Origin: Candidatus Eiseniibacteriota bacterium
GTDB taxonomy: Bacteria; Eisenbacteria; RBG-16-71-46; SZUA-252
Assembly: GCA_963703225.1 (NCBI GenBank)
Contig: OY969801.1
Span: 2,048,001 to 2,112,000 of the forward strand
Direction of reading: 5' to 3'
DNA: 64,000 nt
In this document: in pieces, positions 10,301 through 22,182 of the stretch
How the letters are laid out: every line of letters begins with the position of its first letter
Numbering within the stretch: the first letter of the stretch is position 1
Notes under the pieces: generated by a model
Told to the model about the DNA's origin: nothing
Database searches by the model: none
What the model saw: only the letters and a program-made list of their open reading frames with translations
Translations under genes and position numbers: made by a program

Positions 10301-13300
10301 TCTCGGTTCGGGTCCGGATTCGCGGAGCTGTATCCCGGCTCTTCGACGTCGTGTTTGCCGTCGAGACCGGTATCTTCGTCCCGGGCGAGCGCGTTGGCGT
10401 CGGTGCCGCTGTCGATGTCGAGCCTTCCGTCCCCGTTCTTGTCCTCGGTGTCGAGCTGGTTGTCGGGCGGGTTGTTCGGATCCCAGAAGGCATCCTCGCT
10501 CACGCGTCCGAAGTCGATGTGAAGCTTGGCCTGGGTCAGCGCGTGGTTGGGGGTGAAGTCGTTGATCCAGACCTCGACGTATCGGAGCTTGGAGAAATCC
10601 TGCCCCACCGTCCCGAACGACTGGGTGAGCCCCGTCCAGTTCGAGGTCACCAAACCCGACTGCCCGGCCGGCGGCTGGATGTTCATCTCGAGGACCGTCC
10701 GCAGATCCTCTCCCCCCTCCTCCTGGGTGAGGACTGGCTTCAAATCCCTTTCGATGGCGTAGGTCGGGACGTCCTTGGGCGGGTTGAACCACGACACGAT
10801 CGCGTGGTCAGCCGGCGTGTTGGGCAGTGGAGCCGTGGGGTTCACCGGGTCCCCGGTGTCGAATTTCGGCGTGCTCGACCAGAACCACTGGGTGCGGCTC
10901 AAGCTGGCCGTGTTCGACTCTCGGTTCCCCTCCATGTCGTCGATGTAGGCCTCCCCCGCCGTGTTGGGGTTGGGGACGCTCATCGACGCGTGCCCCTGGA
11001 TGTTGAGGGTCGACGGCGTGGTGGTCTTCACCCCGGGGATGGCGTTGGCGAACCCGGTCATCCAGACGGGGCGGAACGTCACCACGGACGCGACGTCGCC
11101 GATGATCGACTGGGCCGGCTCCTCCCCCAGCTTGGGGTTGGTCTCCTGGGCGCCCCGCTTGTCGTAGAGGACGCTCGACGTGAGGCTGAAGTTGGGCCCC
11201 GGGACGTACGAGGCCGAGGCCCCGAGGAGCGTGAGCTGCGTGGTGCCAAAGCCCGGCGCGAACGAGTAGTCCACGCTGATCGTCTGCTCGGGTCCGGGCG
11301 GCTTGGTGAACGTGAGCTGCCCCGCCGCGTAGTCGACGGTGTAGTCGACGCCCCGCCGCTGCGGGATGCCGTCGAGCTTCACCTGCTCGGAATTCTCGAG
11401 AACGTCGAACCGCCCCAGGAAGAACCCCTGCTGGCTGCTCTTGAAGTCGGCGTCGATGTAAAAGTGGGTGTCGCCAAAGGGGTCTGGATTCTTCATGTAG
11501 TAGACACGCCGGTTCGCCTCGCTCACCACACTCGGGGACCCCGTGCGGAGGATATTCCGCGTGTAATTGTCGAGGCAGTTGAACCCGCCGTAGCCGGGGC
11601 CGCAGAGGCCAAGCGAATCGCTCGTGTCCGGCGCGTACGGGTGGATGTCGGGGAAGAAGAGGACGCCGGTCGTCGTGTTGATGAACTGGGCGTCGATCCT
11701 CCCGTCGGGAGCGTCCGGCGAGTCCGATCCGGGGAGGCCCCGCTGGTCCAGACCCAGGATCCGGAGAAGCGGATCGCCACCCGGTACCAGCTCGGGATTG
11801 GTCGCCTGGCCCGCCTGGATCGAGCGGATCTTGAGATTCAGGCTCTCGAAGGCGATGTCCCGGCCGCCGAGGTCGTAGAAATTGCGAAGCTCGTAGAAAA
11901 GCGCTGGATACCAGGGCCCGTTCGGATTGATGAACCCGGTGGTGTCGCTCACAAGATCGTCGAACTTCGGCTTGATCATCTTCAAGAGATACGTGCCCGC
12001 GGGCTTCTGCAGCACCGGGTCGACCGCCTGCGCCGAGTCAGGGTCCCAGGTTCCGACCGAGAGGGGCAGTTGGCTGGGCTGGCCGCCCTGGAAGTCGAGC
12101 GCCTGATAGGCCACGGCGAGCATCTCCTGCGGGCCGAGCGCGGTCGCGAGCTTGATGACCGGGATCTCGAGGCCGGAGCTTCCTTCGACGAGCCATGGGT
12201 TGATCACGTCGTAATCGGTCCCCGCGTCGAGAGGGGCGAAATTCCCGAGCTGCTGGGGATTGCTGGAATTTGTCAGCGAGTCGTACGGGACGGTCGGATT
12301 GAGGCGCGCGAAAGCCTTTATGGCAGTGCCCGTGTTGTCGAGATTGAATCCGTTGTCCCGGTAGAGCTTGATCGTTCCGGGCTTGATCTTCACCGGGCGA
12401 TCGCTGATCAGGAAGTAGGTCCGCCTGATGTAGTCGAGGTCCGCGATCTGGACGTGCTTGTTGTCCCCGGAAGGGGTGAAGCGGGCGGTCTCGGTCTTGG
12501 CGTCCTGCTTGCTTGCGACCGTGGTCAGGTCGACGTTTCCCAGCTTGGCGACCGTCTTGATGCCGAAGAGCCCCTCCTGGCGGAAGGACGCGCCCTCCAC
12601 CGAGAGGTTGGTGTTCCCCAGCTCGACGAGGCGGATCATGTCGTCCTCGTCCCCCTCGTAGCGGAGCTTGACCTTGTTGTCGATGGAGGTCTGGACGTTG
12701 CTCGATTGGTCGACGTCGACCTTGATCCGGTCGCCGATCGATCCGGTCAGGTTCACGTTCATGTCCTGCTTCATCTCGAGGCTCGGGAATCCGCTCTGGT
12801 TCTTGCGCTCGGTCTGGACGCGGGGTCCCACGTTCCAGTCGCGCGTGCCGCTCAGGGTGATCGTCTCGCTCCCCGAGACCTCGATGTTCGGAGCGCCGTC
12901 GCCGACGATCGAGCGGACGAGCTTGGGAAGCTGGACCGGCAGCTCGACCCGGAAGTGCCCCCGGTCCGATCCTGCCCGCGCGACACGGAGCGCGTCTGGC
13001 GGGTCTTCTCGTTCCAGAGCTTGTGGACGTTCCGGTCGGTCAGGATCTGGTTGTACTCCTGCGGCGTGATGACCAGCGGCTCGCGAACCTCGACGTCGCC
13101 CTCGCGGTAGCTCTCGAGGATGGTGCCGCTCGATGGGATCGAAGGAGACCGCGATGTTCGACTCGCCGGTCGGGAAGTCCCCGCCAGGGCTGGCGGGGTG
13201 GAACTTCCAGTCCGACGGGGAGGCCGTTCCCGGGCTCCTGGGCGTCGCCCCGGACCAGCGCGCGGTCCGGGCTGGGCATGGCTCGAAACTGCCAGGGAGT

Positions 13301-13372
13301 TGCTTCAGCGCCACCCGCCCAGAAACCCAGGCAGAGCGCGATCGAGAAAAGCAGCCTCAGGCTTCGGCGCAT
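7325..13372 (-). CDS. sprA: SprA/Sov family outer-membrane translocon, ~2000 aa (apparent indels near 8290, 12960, 13115, 13240)
   Basis: Signal peptide MRRSLRLLFSIALCLG; KLRYEGDEDDMIRLVELGNTNLS, GLFGIK, YELRNFY, AYIDDMEG, DFGRVSED, PDTEDLNRDG, WRLFRIPL and EIWIDDLRL; C-terminal beta-signal GQFRF. Confidence 0.88.
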
Positions 13373-13509
13373 CGTCCCATGATGGGTGTATGGGTCCTCA
13401 GGGTGGCTCGGTCAGGGGAAGGGGCCGTCAGTACTTGAACCCCGCCGAGGACCTCTGGTTCGAGCCGGAACTGGCTCGTACGGCGTCGGATGGACACGCC
13501 GGGGATTGT

Positions 13510-13539
13510 TTGCGCCTGGCCCTCCCCGCTCCCTATACT
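13510..13539 (+). promoter_or_regulatory. Putative sigma70 promoter of lptF
   Basis: TTGCGC-N18-TATACT upstream of GGAGG and the lptF ATG. Confidence 0.45.
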
Positions 13540-13582
13540 GGCGCCGCCCACCCCGATCAGGGAGGTCCACCGCTCAAAGCGC

Positions 13583-14997
13583 ATGAGAATACTCGAACGA
13601 TACGTTCTCCGGGAGCATCTCTACCCGTTTCTCATCGGGTTCAGCATCGTCATCTTTCTGCTCAGTCTCGACTTCCTCTTCGATCTGCTCGACCTGGCGA
13701 TCGGCAAGGGGGTAGGCGCCGGAGTGGTCCTGGAGCTTTTCGTGCTCTCGCTCGGCTACATGGTCGCCCTCGCGTTTCCCTGCGCGGTGCTGATCGCCTG
13801 CCTCGCGACGTTTGGCAGGCTCTCCCAGGACAACGAGATCGCGGCGATGCGGGCGAACGGCGTCAACATGCTCCGCATCATCGGGGCGCCCCTTGCTCGG
13901 CGGCGACGGTCCTGGCCGGGCTCCTCGTTCTCTTCAACAACCACGTGCTCCCCGAGTCGAACCACAGGCTCGCGAATCTGATGGCCGACGTCGGCCGCAA
14001 GCGGCCGACCGCGACGATCACCGAGGGGGTTTTCATCGACGGGTTCGTGGGATACAGCATCTTCGTCGAGAAGGTGAACGATCGGACCAACGAGATTCGA
14101 GGGGTGAAGATCTATCAGCTCAATTCCGGCGCCCGACCCACCACGATCCTCGCCGATTGGGGGGTCATCCACAATTCTCCCGACGGGCGCGTGACCTCCC
14201 TCGAGCTTCACGACGGCGAGATCCACGAGGTCCCGCCCAACGACGCCGAGCGGACCTATCGACGCCTCATGTTCAAGACGCATGTCATTAATATTCGGAA
14301 CGTTGGGGGAGATCTGGAGCGACGCGACCGGGAGGCCCGCGGGGACCGAGAGATGAGCCTGGGCATGATGCAGGGCCATATCCGACAGATCAACCAGGAC
14401 TTGCGGGTCGCGGAGGCCCGGCGGGACCAGGTCCTGCATGACGCCGGGTTCAAGGACTATCGAGTCCTTTGTCAACGCGGCCGTCCCCCACCGCCCCTCT
14501 CAGCGGGATCCGGTCCTGGCTCCGGAACGCCCTCCGCGCCTTCTCCTCCGTCGGGATCGGCGAGAGCCCCCCGCCCACGCCGGTCGTTCCCGCCGCGGTT
14601 CGTCTCGCCGGTCACGGCGGACATCATCCAGATGCGTCAGCTCGAGGTCGACGCGCTCGACCGACGGGCCCAGAGCCTGGAGGTCGAGATCCAGAAGAAG
14701 TTTTCGATCCCCACGGCGTGCATCGTGTTCGTCCTCGTCGGCGCGCCGCTGGGGATCCGCGCGAGAAAGAGCGGAATCGCGGTGGCGTTTCTCTCGATTC
14801 TCTTCTTTGTCTTCTACTACCTCTGCCTCGCCGGCGGCGAGGAGCTGGCGGACCGGCAGCTCCTCTCGCCGTGGATCGCGATGTGGGCGCCGAATCTCGT
14901 GATGGGCGCGATCGGGCTCGTGCTGACGCTCCAGGCTGCGGAGATCATCCAGAGGCCGAGGCGCCGCCCGCGGCCCCGGAAGGCCGTGCCCGCGTGA
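13583..14997 (+). CDS. lptF: LPS export permease LptF-like (apparent indels near 13893, 14468, 14600)
   Basis: MRILERYVLRE, FGRLSQDNEIAAMRANG, EIQKKFSIPTACIVFVLVGAPLG, AMWAPN. Confidence 0.88.
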
Positions 14998-16079
14998 GGC
15001 TCCTCGACCGCTACATCCTCCGCGAGCAGCTCCTCTCCCTGTTCGCGGGACTGCTCTTCTTCACGTCGGTCTTCGTCATCGTCGACATCTTCGAGAAGCT
15101 CGACACCTTCATCGACAACAAGGTCCCGTGGCACACCGTCGCGACCTACTACGCGCGTCTCCATCCCGGGCATCGTGGTCCAGGTGCTGCCGATGGCGAT
15201 GCTCCTCGCTTGCCTGATCGCCCTGGGGCAGATCGGCCGGCACAACGAGCTGACCGCGATGCAGGCCGCGGGCATCGGAGTCGGGCGGATCGCCCTTCCC
15301 CTCTGGGCCCTGGCCGCCGTCGCGAGCGTCCTCGTCTTCGTCGTGAACGAGGTGGCGCTCCCGTCCCTGAACGCGAGCAAGCTCCGGATCTACCGCGTCG
15401 ACATCAAGAAGCAAAGCCTGGAAGGCGACGACCGTCCGGACCAACCTCGCCTACCTGGGACGGGAGGGACGGACGTTTCTCATCCGCACCTACAACATTC
15501 CGACGATGGAGATGCGCGAGGTGGTCATCCAGGAGATCAGCCAGCATACGCTGACGGGGCGGATCGACGCGGAATCGGCCCGGTGGGAGAACGGGCGCTG
15601 GGTATTCCGCCGCGGCTTCGTCCGTCGTTTCGACCGCGAGGGCGAGCACGCCGCGCAGTTCAACGAGCTGGTGATCCCCGGACTGGTCGAGGTCCCCGAC
15701 GATTTCGCCAAGGCCGAGGAAGATCCTCGGGCGCTCTCGTACTGGGAGCTGCAGAACTACATCGGGCGGCTGAGGCAGAGCGGCAGCCGGGTGCAGAAAT
15801 ACCTGGTGGAGCTCTACCTCAAGGTGGCGTTCCCGCTCACGAACCTGATCGTCGTCGTCATCGGCACCGCGCTCGCGCTCCGGGTGAGGCGGGGCGGGCT
15901 CGCCGTGAGCTTTGGACTGTCGGTCTTCATCAGCTTTGTCTATTACGCGTTCATCCGGACCGGGCAGGCGCTGGGCCACAACGGCGCGCTTCCGCCGCTC
16001 TTGGCCGCGTGGATGGGGAATCTCTTCTTCGCGGCCCTGGCGCTGGAGCTGCTTGCGCCGGGCCCGCCGCGGGGGGTAG
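14994..16079 (+). CDS. lptG: LPS export permease LptG-like (apparent indels near 15155, 15428, 16055)
   Basis: GTG start overlaps the lptF stop; LLDRYILRE, RHNELTAMQAAG, KVAFP, LPPLLAAW. Confidence 0.88.
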
Positions 16080-16098
16080 CGGTCGGGCGGCCCGCCGC

Positions 16099-16824
16099 TC
16101 AGTCGGCGGCGGTAATCCGGCCATCGCGGAGGACCGGCACCAGCGGGAAGCTGTCCACCCGGGCGCAGACGGCGAGATCGTCTTCAAAGCCGAGATCCAC
16201 GAGATCCCGTCCGTGCTCGCTCTTCCTCAAGATCGTTTCCGGCGCGTGCCCGTGCGCGCGGTCGTATTCCCGCGCCATCTCCGCCGCGTCGTTGAGCAAG
16301 ACCCCGCCGCCGCCGTCCGACAGCCGCCGAATGAGCGCGCCCGCGCACGCCGTGTCCTCGAGCGCGAATCTCCCGTTCTTTCCGGCGCAGACGATCGCGA
16401 GGTCGTGGCCTTCCGCGCGGACCGCGGCGGTCAGGGCGCCGACGTTCACGTAGGCGAGGAGCCGCTGCTCGTGGCCTTCGAGAAGGCCCGCCATCAGCGG
16501 GCTCGCGTTCGTCGAGGCGAAAATCAGCGTGGCGCCCTCCACCCGCTCCCGATCGTACTCACCGGGAGAATTGCCCAGGTCAAACCCGCTCACCTTGCGC
16601 CCGTCCCGCTCGCCGCAGAGGAGGAGCGACTTGGGGTCGAGGGTCTGCGCGAGCCGCGTCGCCTCCTCCACCGATTCGACGGGGATGATCTTGGCGGCGC
16701 GGTGGGCCAGCGCGACCACGATGGACGTGCAGCTTCGCAGGACGTCGACGATCACGATCTGCTGGTCGTCCAGCCGGGCGCGCTCCGCCTCGGAGGGCAT
16801 CAGATAGAGGTCGATCCGCTTCAC
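16099..16824 (-). CDS. comB: 2-phosphosulfolactate phosphatase family protein
   Basis: IVDVLRSCTS, LCGERDG, FDLGNSP, STN and LEDTACAG motifs. Confidence 0.88.
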   Translation of the reverse strand: MKRIDLYLMPSEAERARLDDQQIVIVDVLRSCTSIVVALAHRAAKIIPVESVEEATRLAQTLDPKSLLLCGERDGRKVSGFDLGNSPGEYDRERVEGATLIFASTNASPLMAGLLEGHEQRLLAYVNVGALTAAVRAEGHDLAIVCAGKNGRFALEDTACAGALIRRLSDGGGGVLLNDAAEMAREYDRAHGHAPETILRKSEHGRDLVDLGFEDDLAVCARVDSFPLVPVLRDGRITAAD

Positions 16825-18181
16825 GCCGGTTGCTTCCGGCCCGCGAGGAATTCCTCCAGGTAGCCGGTGTGAATTTCTCCGCGGCGGAACTTGTCGTCGG
16901 CGAGAACCTCGAGATGGAAGGAGAGCGTCGTGTCGATCCCTTCCACCACCGTCTCCTCCAGCGCCCGGCGCATCCGGCCGAGCGACTCGGTGCGATCCCG
17001 GCCCCAGCAGATGATCTTGGCGACCATCGAGTCGTAGTGGGGCGGGACGACGTACCCGGAGTAGAGATGGCTGTCGACGCGGACGCCGGGGCCGCCTGGG
17101 CCGTGGAAGTAGCGCACGGTCCCCGGCGAGGGCTGGAAATTCTGGTCGGGGCGCTCCGCGTTCACGCGGCATTCGATCGCGTGGCCCTGCATGGAGATCT
17201 CCCCCTGCTTCCACGGCAGGGGTTCGCCGGCGGCCACCGCGATCTGGGCCTTGATGAGGTCGAGCCTCGTCACCTCTTCGGTCACCGGGTGCTCCACCTG
17301 GATCCGCGTGTTCATCTCCATGAAATAGAACTCGCCGTCCGGGCCCGAGCAGAAACTCGATCGTCCCCGCGCCCTCGTAGGCGATCGCGCCGGCGCTCTT
17401 GACGGCCGCGCTGCCCATCCGCTCCCGCAGCTCCGGCGTAGAGCGCGACGCTGGGCGACTCCTCGATGAGCTTCTGGTGGCGTCGCTGGATCGAGCATTC
17501 GCGCTCGCCCAGGTGGACCACGTTTCCGTGCTTGTCGCCGAAGATCTGGAATTCGATGTGCCGGGGCCGCTCGACGTAGCGCTCCAGGTAGACCTCCCCC
17601 GATCCGAAGTTCGCCTCGGCCTCCGCCTGCGCGGTGAGGACGCCGTTTCGCAGCGAGGCCTCGTCGGTGGCGATCCGCATTCCCTTTCCGCCTCCTCCGG
17701 CCGCGGCCTTGATGATGACCGGGTAGCCGAGCGATTGCGCCACGGAGACCGCCTCGTCGGCCGAGCCGAGCACTCCCTCGCTCCCCGGCGTCACCGGAAC
17801 TCCCACGGCGGCCACCGTCTTTCGGGCGACCGACTTGTCCCCCATCGAGCGGATCATCTCCGAGGTCGGCCCGATGAACCGGATGTGGCACGACTCGCAG
17901 ACCTCGGCGAAGTGGGCGTTCTCGGAGAGGAACCCGTAACCCGGATGGATCGCGTCCGACGCCGTGACCTCGGCCGCGCTGATGATCCGGGGGATGTGGA
18001 GGTAGCTGGCCGAGGAGGGGGCCGGGCCGATGCAGACCGCTTCGTCCGCGAGGCGAACGTGGAGGGATTCGCGGTCGGCTTCGGAGAAGACCGCGACCGT
18101 CTCGATCTCCAACTCGCGGGCCGCGCGGATGATCCGGAGGGCGATCTCCCCGCGGTTGGCGATCAGGATTTTCCGGAACAT
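16821..18181 (-). CDS. accC: Acetyl-CoA carboxylase biotin carboxylase (apparent indels near 17350 and 17435)
   Basis: [58 protein letters not shown]. Confidence 0.96.
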
Positions 18182-18186
18182 GCCCG

Positions 18187-19309
18187 CTAGCGCGTTTCCT
18201 GCTTCTGGCGCTCGAAGGTCTGCCAGGACTCGTCCGACGTCGCGTGGATCCCCTTCACGCGGAGCTCGAATTCGGTCGGGTTGGAGCAGAAGCGAAGGGC
18301 GCTCTCGAGGCTGATCTTCTCGTCGGTATAGGCCTTCATGATCGACTGGTCGAAGGTCTGCATCCCGTACTGCGAGACGCCCTCGGAGATGACGCCCTGG
18401 ATGAGCGAGCTCTTCTCCCGATCGGTGAGATACTCTCGGATTGTCGCGGTCACCATCATGACCTCCGCCGCGGGAATACGGCCCGGCACGTCGGAGCGCG
18501 GTATGAGACGGAGCGCCACGACGGCCTGGAGCGTGGAGGAGAGCATGAATCGGACTTCCTCGTGCTCGTGCGGCGGGAAGAACGAGATGATCCGGTTGAT
18601 GGTCTGGGGGGCGTCGACGGTGTGGAGGGTGGAGAGCACGAGGTGCCCCGTGTCGGCGGCCATGAGCGCCGTCCGCATCGTCTCGGGATCTCGGATTTCA
18701 CCGATCAGGATCACGTCGGGATCCTGACGCAGGATGTGCCGAAGGCCCTCGGCGAAGGTCGCGGTGTCGAGGCCCACCTCGCGCTGGGAGATGGTGCTCT
18801 TCTTGTCGCGGAAGAGGAACTCGACCGGATCTTCGATCGTGATGATGTTCTTGGCCTCGCGCCGGTTCAGCGAGTCGATCATGGCGGCGAGGGTCGTCGA
18901 CTTCCCGCTCCCGACGGTGCCGCAGACCAGAATGAGCCCGCGCTGGCGCCCGGCCAGCTCCTCGATCACCGGCGGCAGGTTCAGCTCTTCGAACGCGGGA
19001 ATCGTCGCGGGAACTTGCCGGAAGACCATCGCGAACGTTCCGCGCTGCTGGTAGAAGTTCGAGCGGAACCGCGCCAGTCCCGTCACGCCGAAGGCGAAGT
19101 CGACCTCCTTCGTGTCCTCGAAGACCTTCTTCTGCTTGGGCGTCAGGATCTGATCGACGACCGCCTCCAGATCGGCCTGCGATGGGCGCCGGCTCGTCGA
19201 TCGCCACGAGCTCTCCGTTCACACGCGCGGAAGGCTTGGTGCCGACCTTCACGTGAAGGTCCGACGCCTTGAGCTCCACCATCTTCTGCAAGACGCGCTT
19301 GATGTTCAT
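18187..19309 (-). CDS. PilT/PilU family type IV pilus retraction ATPase (apparent indel near 19180)
   Basis: [16 protein letters not shown], Walker [47 protein letters not shown] and GMQTFDQ. Lacks AIRNLIRE, so PilU-like. Confidence 0.92.
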
Positions 19310-19329
19310 TCCGTTCCCCCCGCCCCTGT

Positions 19330-19781
19330 CTACGCGGCGCTTTCGGCTTCGACCTGGAAAGAGAACCTGCCCGTACTCCACGGGCTGGCCGTTCTCGACG
19401 AGGATGCTGGTGATTCTTCCTTTTACGTCCGATTCGATCTCGTTCATTAGCTTCATCGCTTCCACGATGCAGACCGTCTGTCCGACGTCGATCGGTGCTG
19501 TTTTCCTCGACGTAGGGGTCAGCGTCCGGCGCCGGGGAGCGATAGAAGGTGCCGACCATGGGAGACTTGATGGGGATCAGATTCGCGGCCGCCGCGTCTC
19601 CTTCGTGATTCTCCGAATCCGCCGCGGGCGCGGCGGGAACGTAGGCCGACGCCATGGAGGCGGGATCCGCTCCCGGGCGGCGGACCCGGATCGCCGAGAA
19701 AAGGCGCCGGACTTCGATCTCCGCGAGGTCCTCCTCGCGCATGATCTGGACCAGCTCCTGGATCGTCCGCCGGAGATTCAT
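19330..19781 (-). CDS. accB: Biotin carboxyl carrier protein (apparent indels near 19356 and 19493)
   Basis: [15 protein letters not shown]; biotin site [22 protein letters not shown]. Confidence 0.93.
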
Positions 19782-20249
19782 TTCCGTTTGCGCCCCCGTC
19801 CCGCGGGAGAACGAAGGAGAAGCGCGGCGAGCGCCTGAAGCCCCAGCTCGTAGCTCTTGGGCCCAAACCCCATCACCACCCCGCAGGGCGGCGCTTCCGG
19901 TGATGCTCATCTGCCGTTCGGGGTCGCGCGCGTAGAGGTTCGTCATGTGCACTTCCACGATCGGAATCGAGACGGCGCGGAGCGTGTCGGCCAGGGCGAG
20001 GCTGGTGTGGCTCAGGGCCGCCGGGTTGATCACGCAACCGTCCACTTCATCCATGGCCATCGTGATTCGATCGATCAGGGCGCCTTCATGGTTGGTCTGA
20101 AACGCCGCGACGCGAAGCCCCAGCTCGCTCCCCAGCGCCACGAGGCGCTTGTCGATCGATTCGAGCGTCTCCCGCCCATAGAGCTCCGGCTCCCGCCGGC
20201 CCAGGAGACCGAGGTTTGGACCATGGAGAACCCAGACGTCCTTGGCCAT
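19778..20249 (-). CDS. aroQ: Type II 3-dehydroquinate dehydratase (apparent indel near 19885)
   Basis: HGPNLGLLGRREPELYG, QTNHEG, INPAALSHTS, VEVHMTN. Confidence 0.92.
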
Positions 20250-21079
20250 CAGCTTCCCGTGCCGCCCATGCGCCGGACCCATTGCTCGAAAGCCGAGCGG
20301 TTCCCCTCGACCAGAGGTCCCTGTTTGGGCGCGGGCGCGTCGGGCGTTTCGACGTCCGCCCCGGGCACCTCAGCCTCTGCGTGAGACGCCGTCCCGGATG
20401 CCGCGGCCTCCGGCTCGGCGGACCGTGGAGGGGATGGGGCCGTCTCCTGCGGCGCCGACCGGGCCGCCCGCTCGAGCGGGACATCCTGAAAGTCCTGCAC
20501 CTTCGCCGCGTACGGAACAGGAGGGGGTGGCGGGTCGAACCTCTCGATCGTGCGGAGGCCCAAGCCCAGCTCCGGAAGATGCTCCTCCTCGCGGGGGAGA
20601 CGGATCGGCTGCCACGATAGCTCGCCTTGCCCCACGATCACGTCGGCCGGCCGCACTTCCGAGAACTCGCCCGAGGTGATCTGGTGGAGCGCGGTTTGGG
20701 ACTCGAGATCGCCCGGATCGATCCGGCAGACCGCGCGGTAGTAGCCCGCCGCCCGATCGTGGTCGCCTTGATGGGAGAGGATCCCGGCGAGCGCCTTCAG
20801 CGCGACGACGTTCTCGCGGTCGAGCGTCAGCGCGGCGTCCAACTCGGCGCGGGCCTCATTCAGCCGGCCGTCCGCAAGATAGGCTCTTCCGAGAACGATG
20901 TGGTCGCCGACGCCGTGGCCCGGGCGGGTGCGACGCTCCTCGCAGAGTTGGATCGCCTCATCGAGGCGCCCCCGCTCCATCAGGCGCGCGGCCAGCTCTA
21001 GGTAAAGCGCGGAGGCCGGATCCTTCGCGACGATTTCTTCCAGCGGCAGGTCCGCCTCCTGGCGCGCTTGATCCCTCAT
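20249..21079 (-). CDS. Tetratricopeptide repeat protein with a disordered C-terminal region
   Basis: TPR helices (LGRAYLADGRLNEA, ALKALAGILSHQG); Pro/Ala/Glu linker; terminal FEQWVRR helix. Confidence 0.75.
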   Translation of the reverse strand: MRDQARQEADLPLEEIVAKDPASALYLELAARLMERGRLDEAIQLCEERRTRPGHGVGDHIVLGRAYLADGRLNEARAELDAALTLDRENVVALKALAGILSHQGDHDRAAGYYRAVCRIDPGDLESQTALHQITSGEFSEVRPADVIVGQGELSWQPIRLPREEEHLPELGLGLRTIERFDPPPPPVPYAAKVQDFQDVPLERAARSAPQETAPSPPRSAEPEAAASGTASHAEAEVPGADVETPDAPAPKQGPLVEGNRSAFEQWVRRMGGTGS

Positions 21080-21090
21080 TTGGATCCCCC

Positions 21091-22182
21091 CTACGTCTGC
21101 CGAACCAGACTCAGGACGACGCGTCGAAGGGTGCTAAGCGACGACAATTCAAAGACTTTAGCTTGACCGATCGCCGGGCACAATACCACTCGGAGGGCCT
21201 TCCGTCCACGCTTCTTGTCCCGGTCGAGCGCCTTCCAGAACGTGGGGCCCGGCGGGCGAAGGAGTTGGGTCGGAAGCCCGAGCGACCGGAGCAGCGATTC
21301 GATCCCGATCACCGCGAGCGGATCGAGCCCCGCCTCGAGCACGCTCAATCGTAGCGCCGCGACCATTCCGATCGCCACCGCCTCGCCGTGGAGAAGCCGG
21401 CTGAAACCGGCCGCCGCTTCGAGCGCGTGGCCGACCGTGTGGCCGAAATTGAGCGCGAGCCGCGGGCCGCGGTCCCGTTCGTCCCGCGACACGAGCGAGG
21501 CTTTCTCCGCGGCGGCGATCCGGATCAAGGGCTCGACCGCCCGCGGGCGGCGCCAGCCATCGACCGCGGCCAGGCGACCGAGACGGCCAACGATGCCGGG
21601 CTGACGAACGATGCCGATCTTCAACACTTCGGCCAGCCCCGCGCGATAGGCGCGTGGGGTCAGCGTGCGGAGGGTCTCGGTATCGGCGAGCACGGCCGCG
21701 GGGTGATGAAACGCTCCCACTAGATTCTTCCCGGCGGACAGGTTGACGCCCACCTTGCCTCCGATGGCCGCGTCGGCCTGGGCGAGCAGGGTCGTGGGAA
21801 GCGCCACCCAGCGAATCCCCCGCGCATAGACCGAGGCGGCGAATCCAGCCACGTCGGATACGACCCCGCCGCCGAGCGCCACAACCACGGCATCGCGGCC
21901 CGCGCCCTCTTCCGCCCAGAGCCGGGCGAGCGCGCGGAGCGAATCGATCGATTTGGATCGCTCGCCGGCGGGGAGCGTGGCGCGGACGACGCGGTAGCCC
22001 GCCCGGGCGATGGAGCGGGCCACGCGCTCGCCGTAGATGCGCCCCACCGTGCGATCGGTCACGAGCAGGGCGGTGGATCCAGGAGCGGCGGCGCGGATCG
22101 ATGCGCCGACTCGCTTCAGAATTCCGCCGCGCACGATCACCCGGTAGTCGACCCGCGCCCCTCGGATCCGAACCCGAATCAT
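21091..22182 (-). CDS. aroB: 3-dehydroquinate synthase
   Basis: GERSKS, ALGGGVVSDVAGF, PTTLLAQADAAIGGKVGVN, LNFGHTVGHALE, HGEAVAIGM, DKK. Confidence 0.95.
   Translation of the reverse strand: MIRVRIRGARVDYRVIVRGGILKRVGASIRAAAPGSTALLVTDRTVGRIYGERVARSIARAGYRVVRATLPAGERSKSIDSLRALARLWAEEGAGRDAVVVALGGGVVSDVAGFAASVYARGIRWVALPTTLLAQADAAIGGKVGVNLSAGKNLVGAFHHPAAVLADTETLRTLTPRAYRAGLAEVLKIGIVRQPGIVGRLGRLAAVDGWRRPRAVEPLIRIAAAEKASLVSRDERDRGPRLALNFGHTVGHALEAAAGFSRLLHGEAVAIGMVAALRLSVLEAGLDPLAVIGIESLLRSLGLPTQLLRPPGPTFWKALDRDKKRGRKALRVVLCPAIGQAKVFELSSLSTLRRVVLSLVRQT

Noticed and set aside
8413..13110. 1565-aa plus-strand ORF, and similar long antisense ORFs such as 27676-30138 and 48419-50365
   Set aside because: Shadow ORFs opposite high-GC3 genes; no recognisable motifs.
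16099..16824. comB as evidence of coenzyme M synthesis
   Set aside because: The family is widespread in bacteria as a generic phosphatase, and no other com genes are present.
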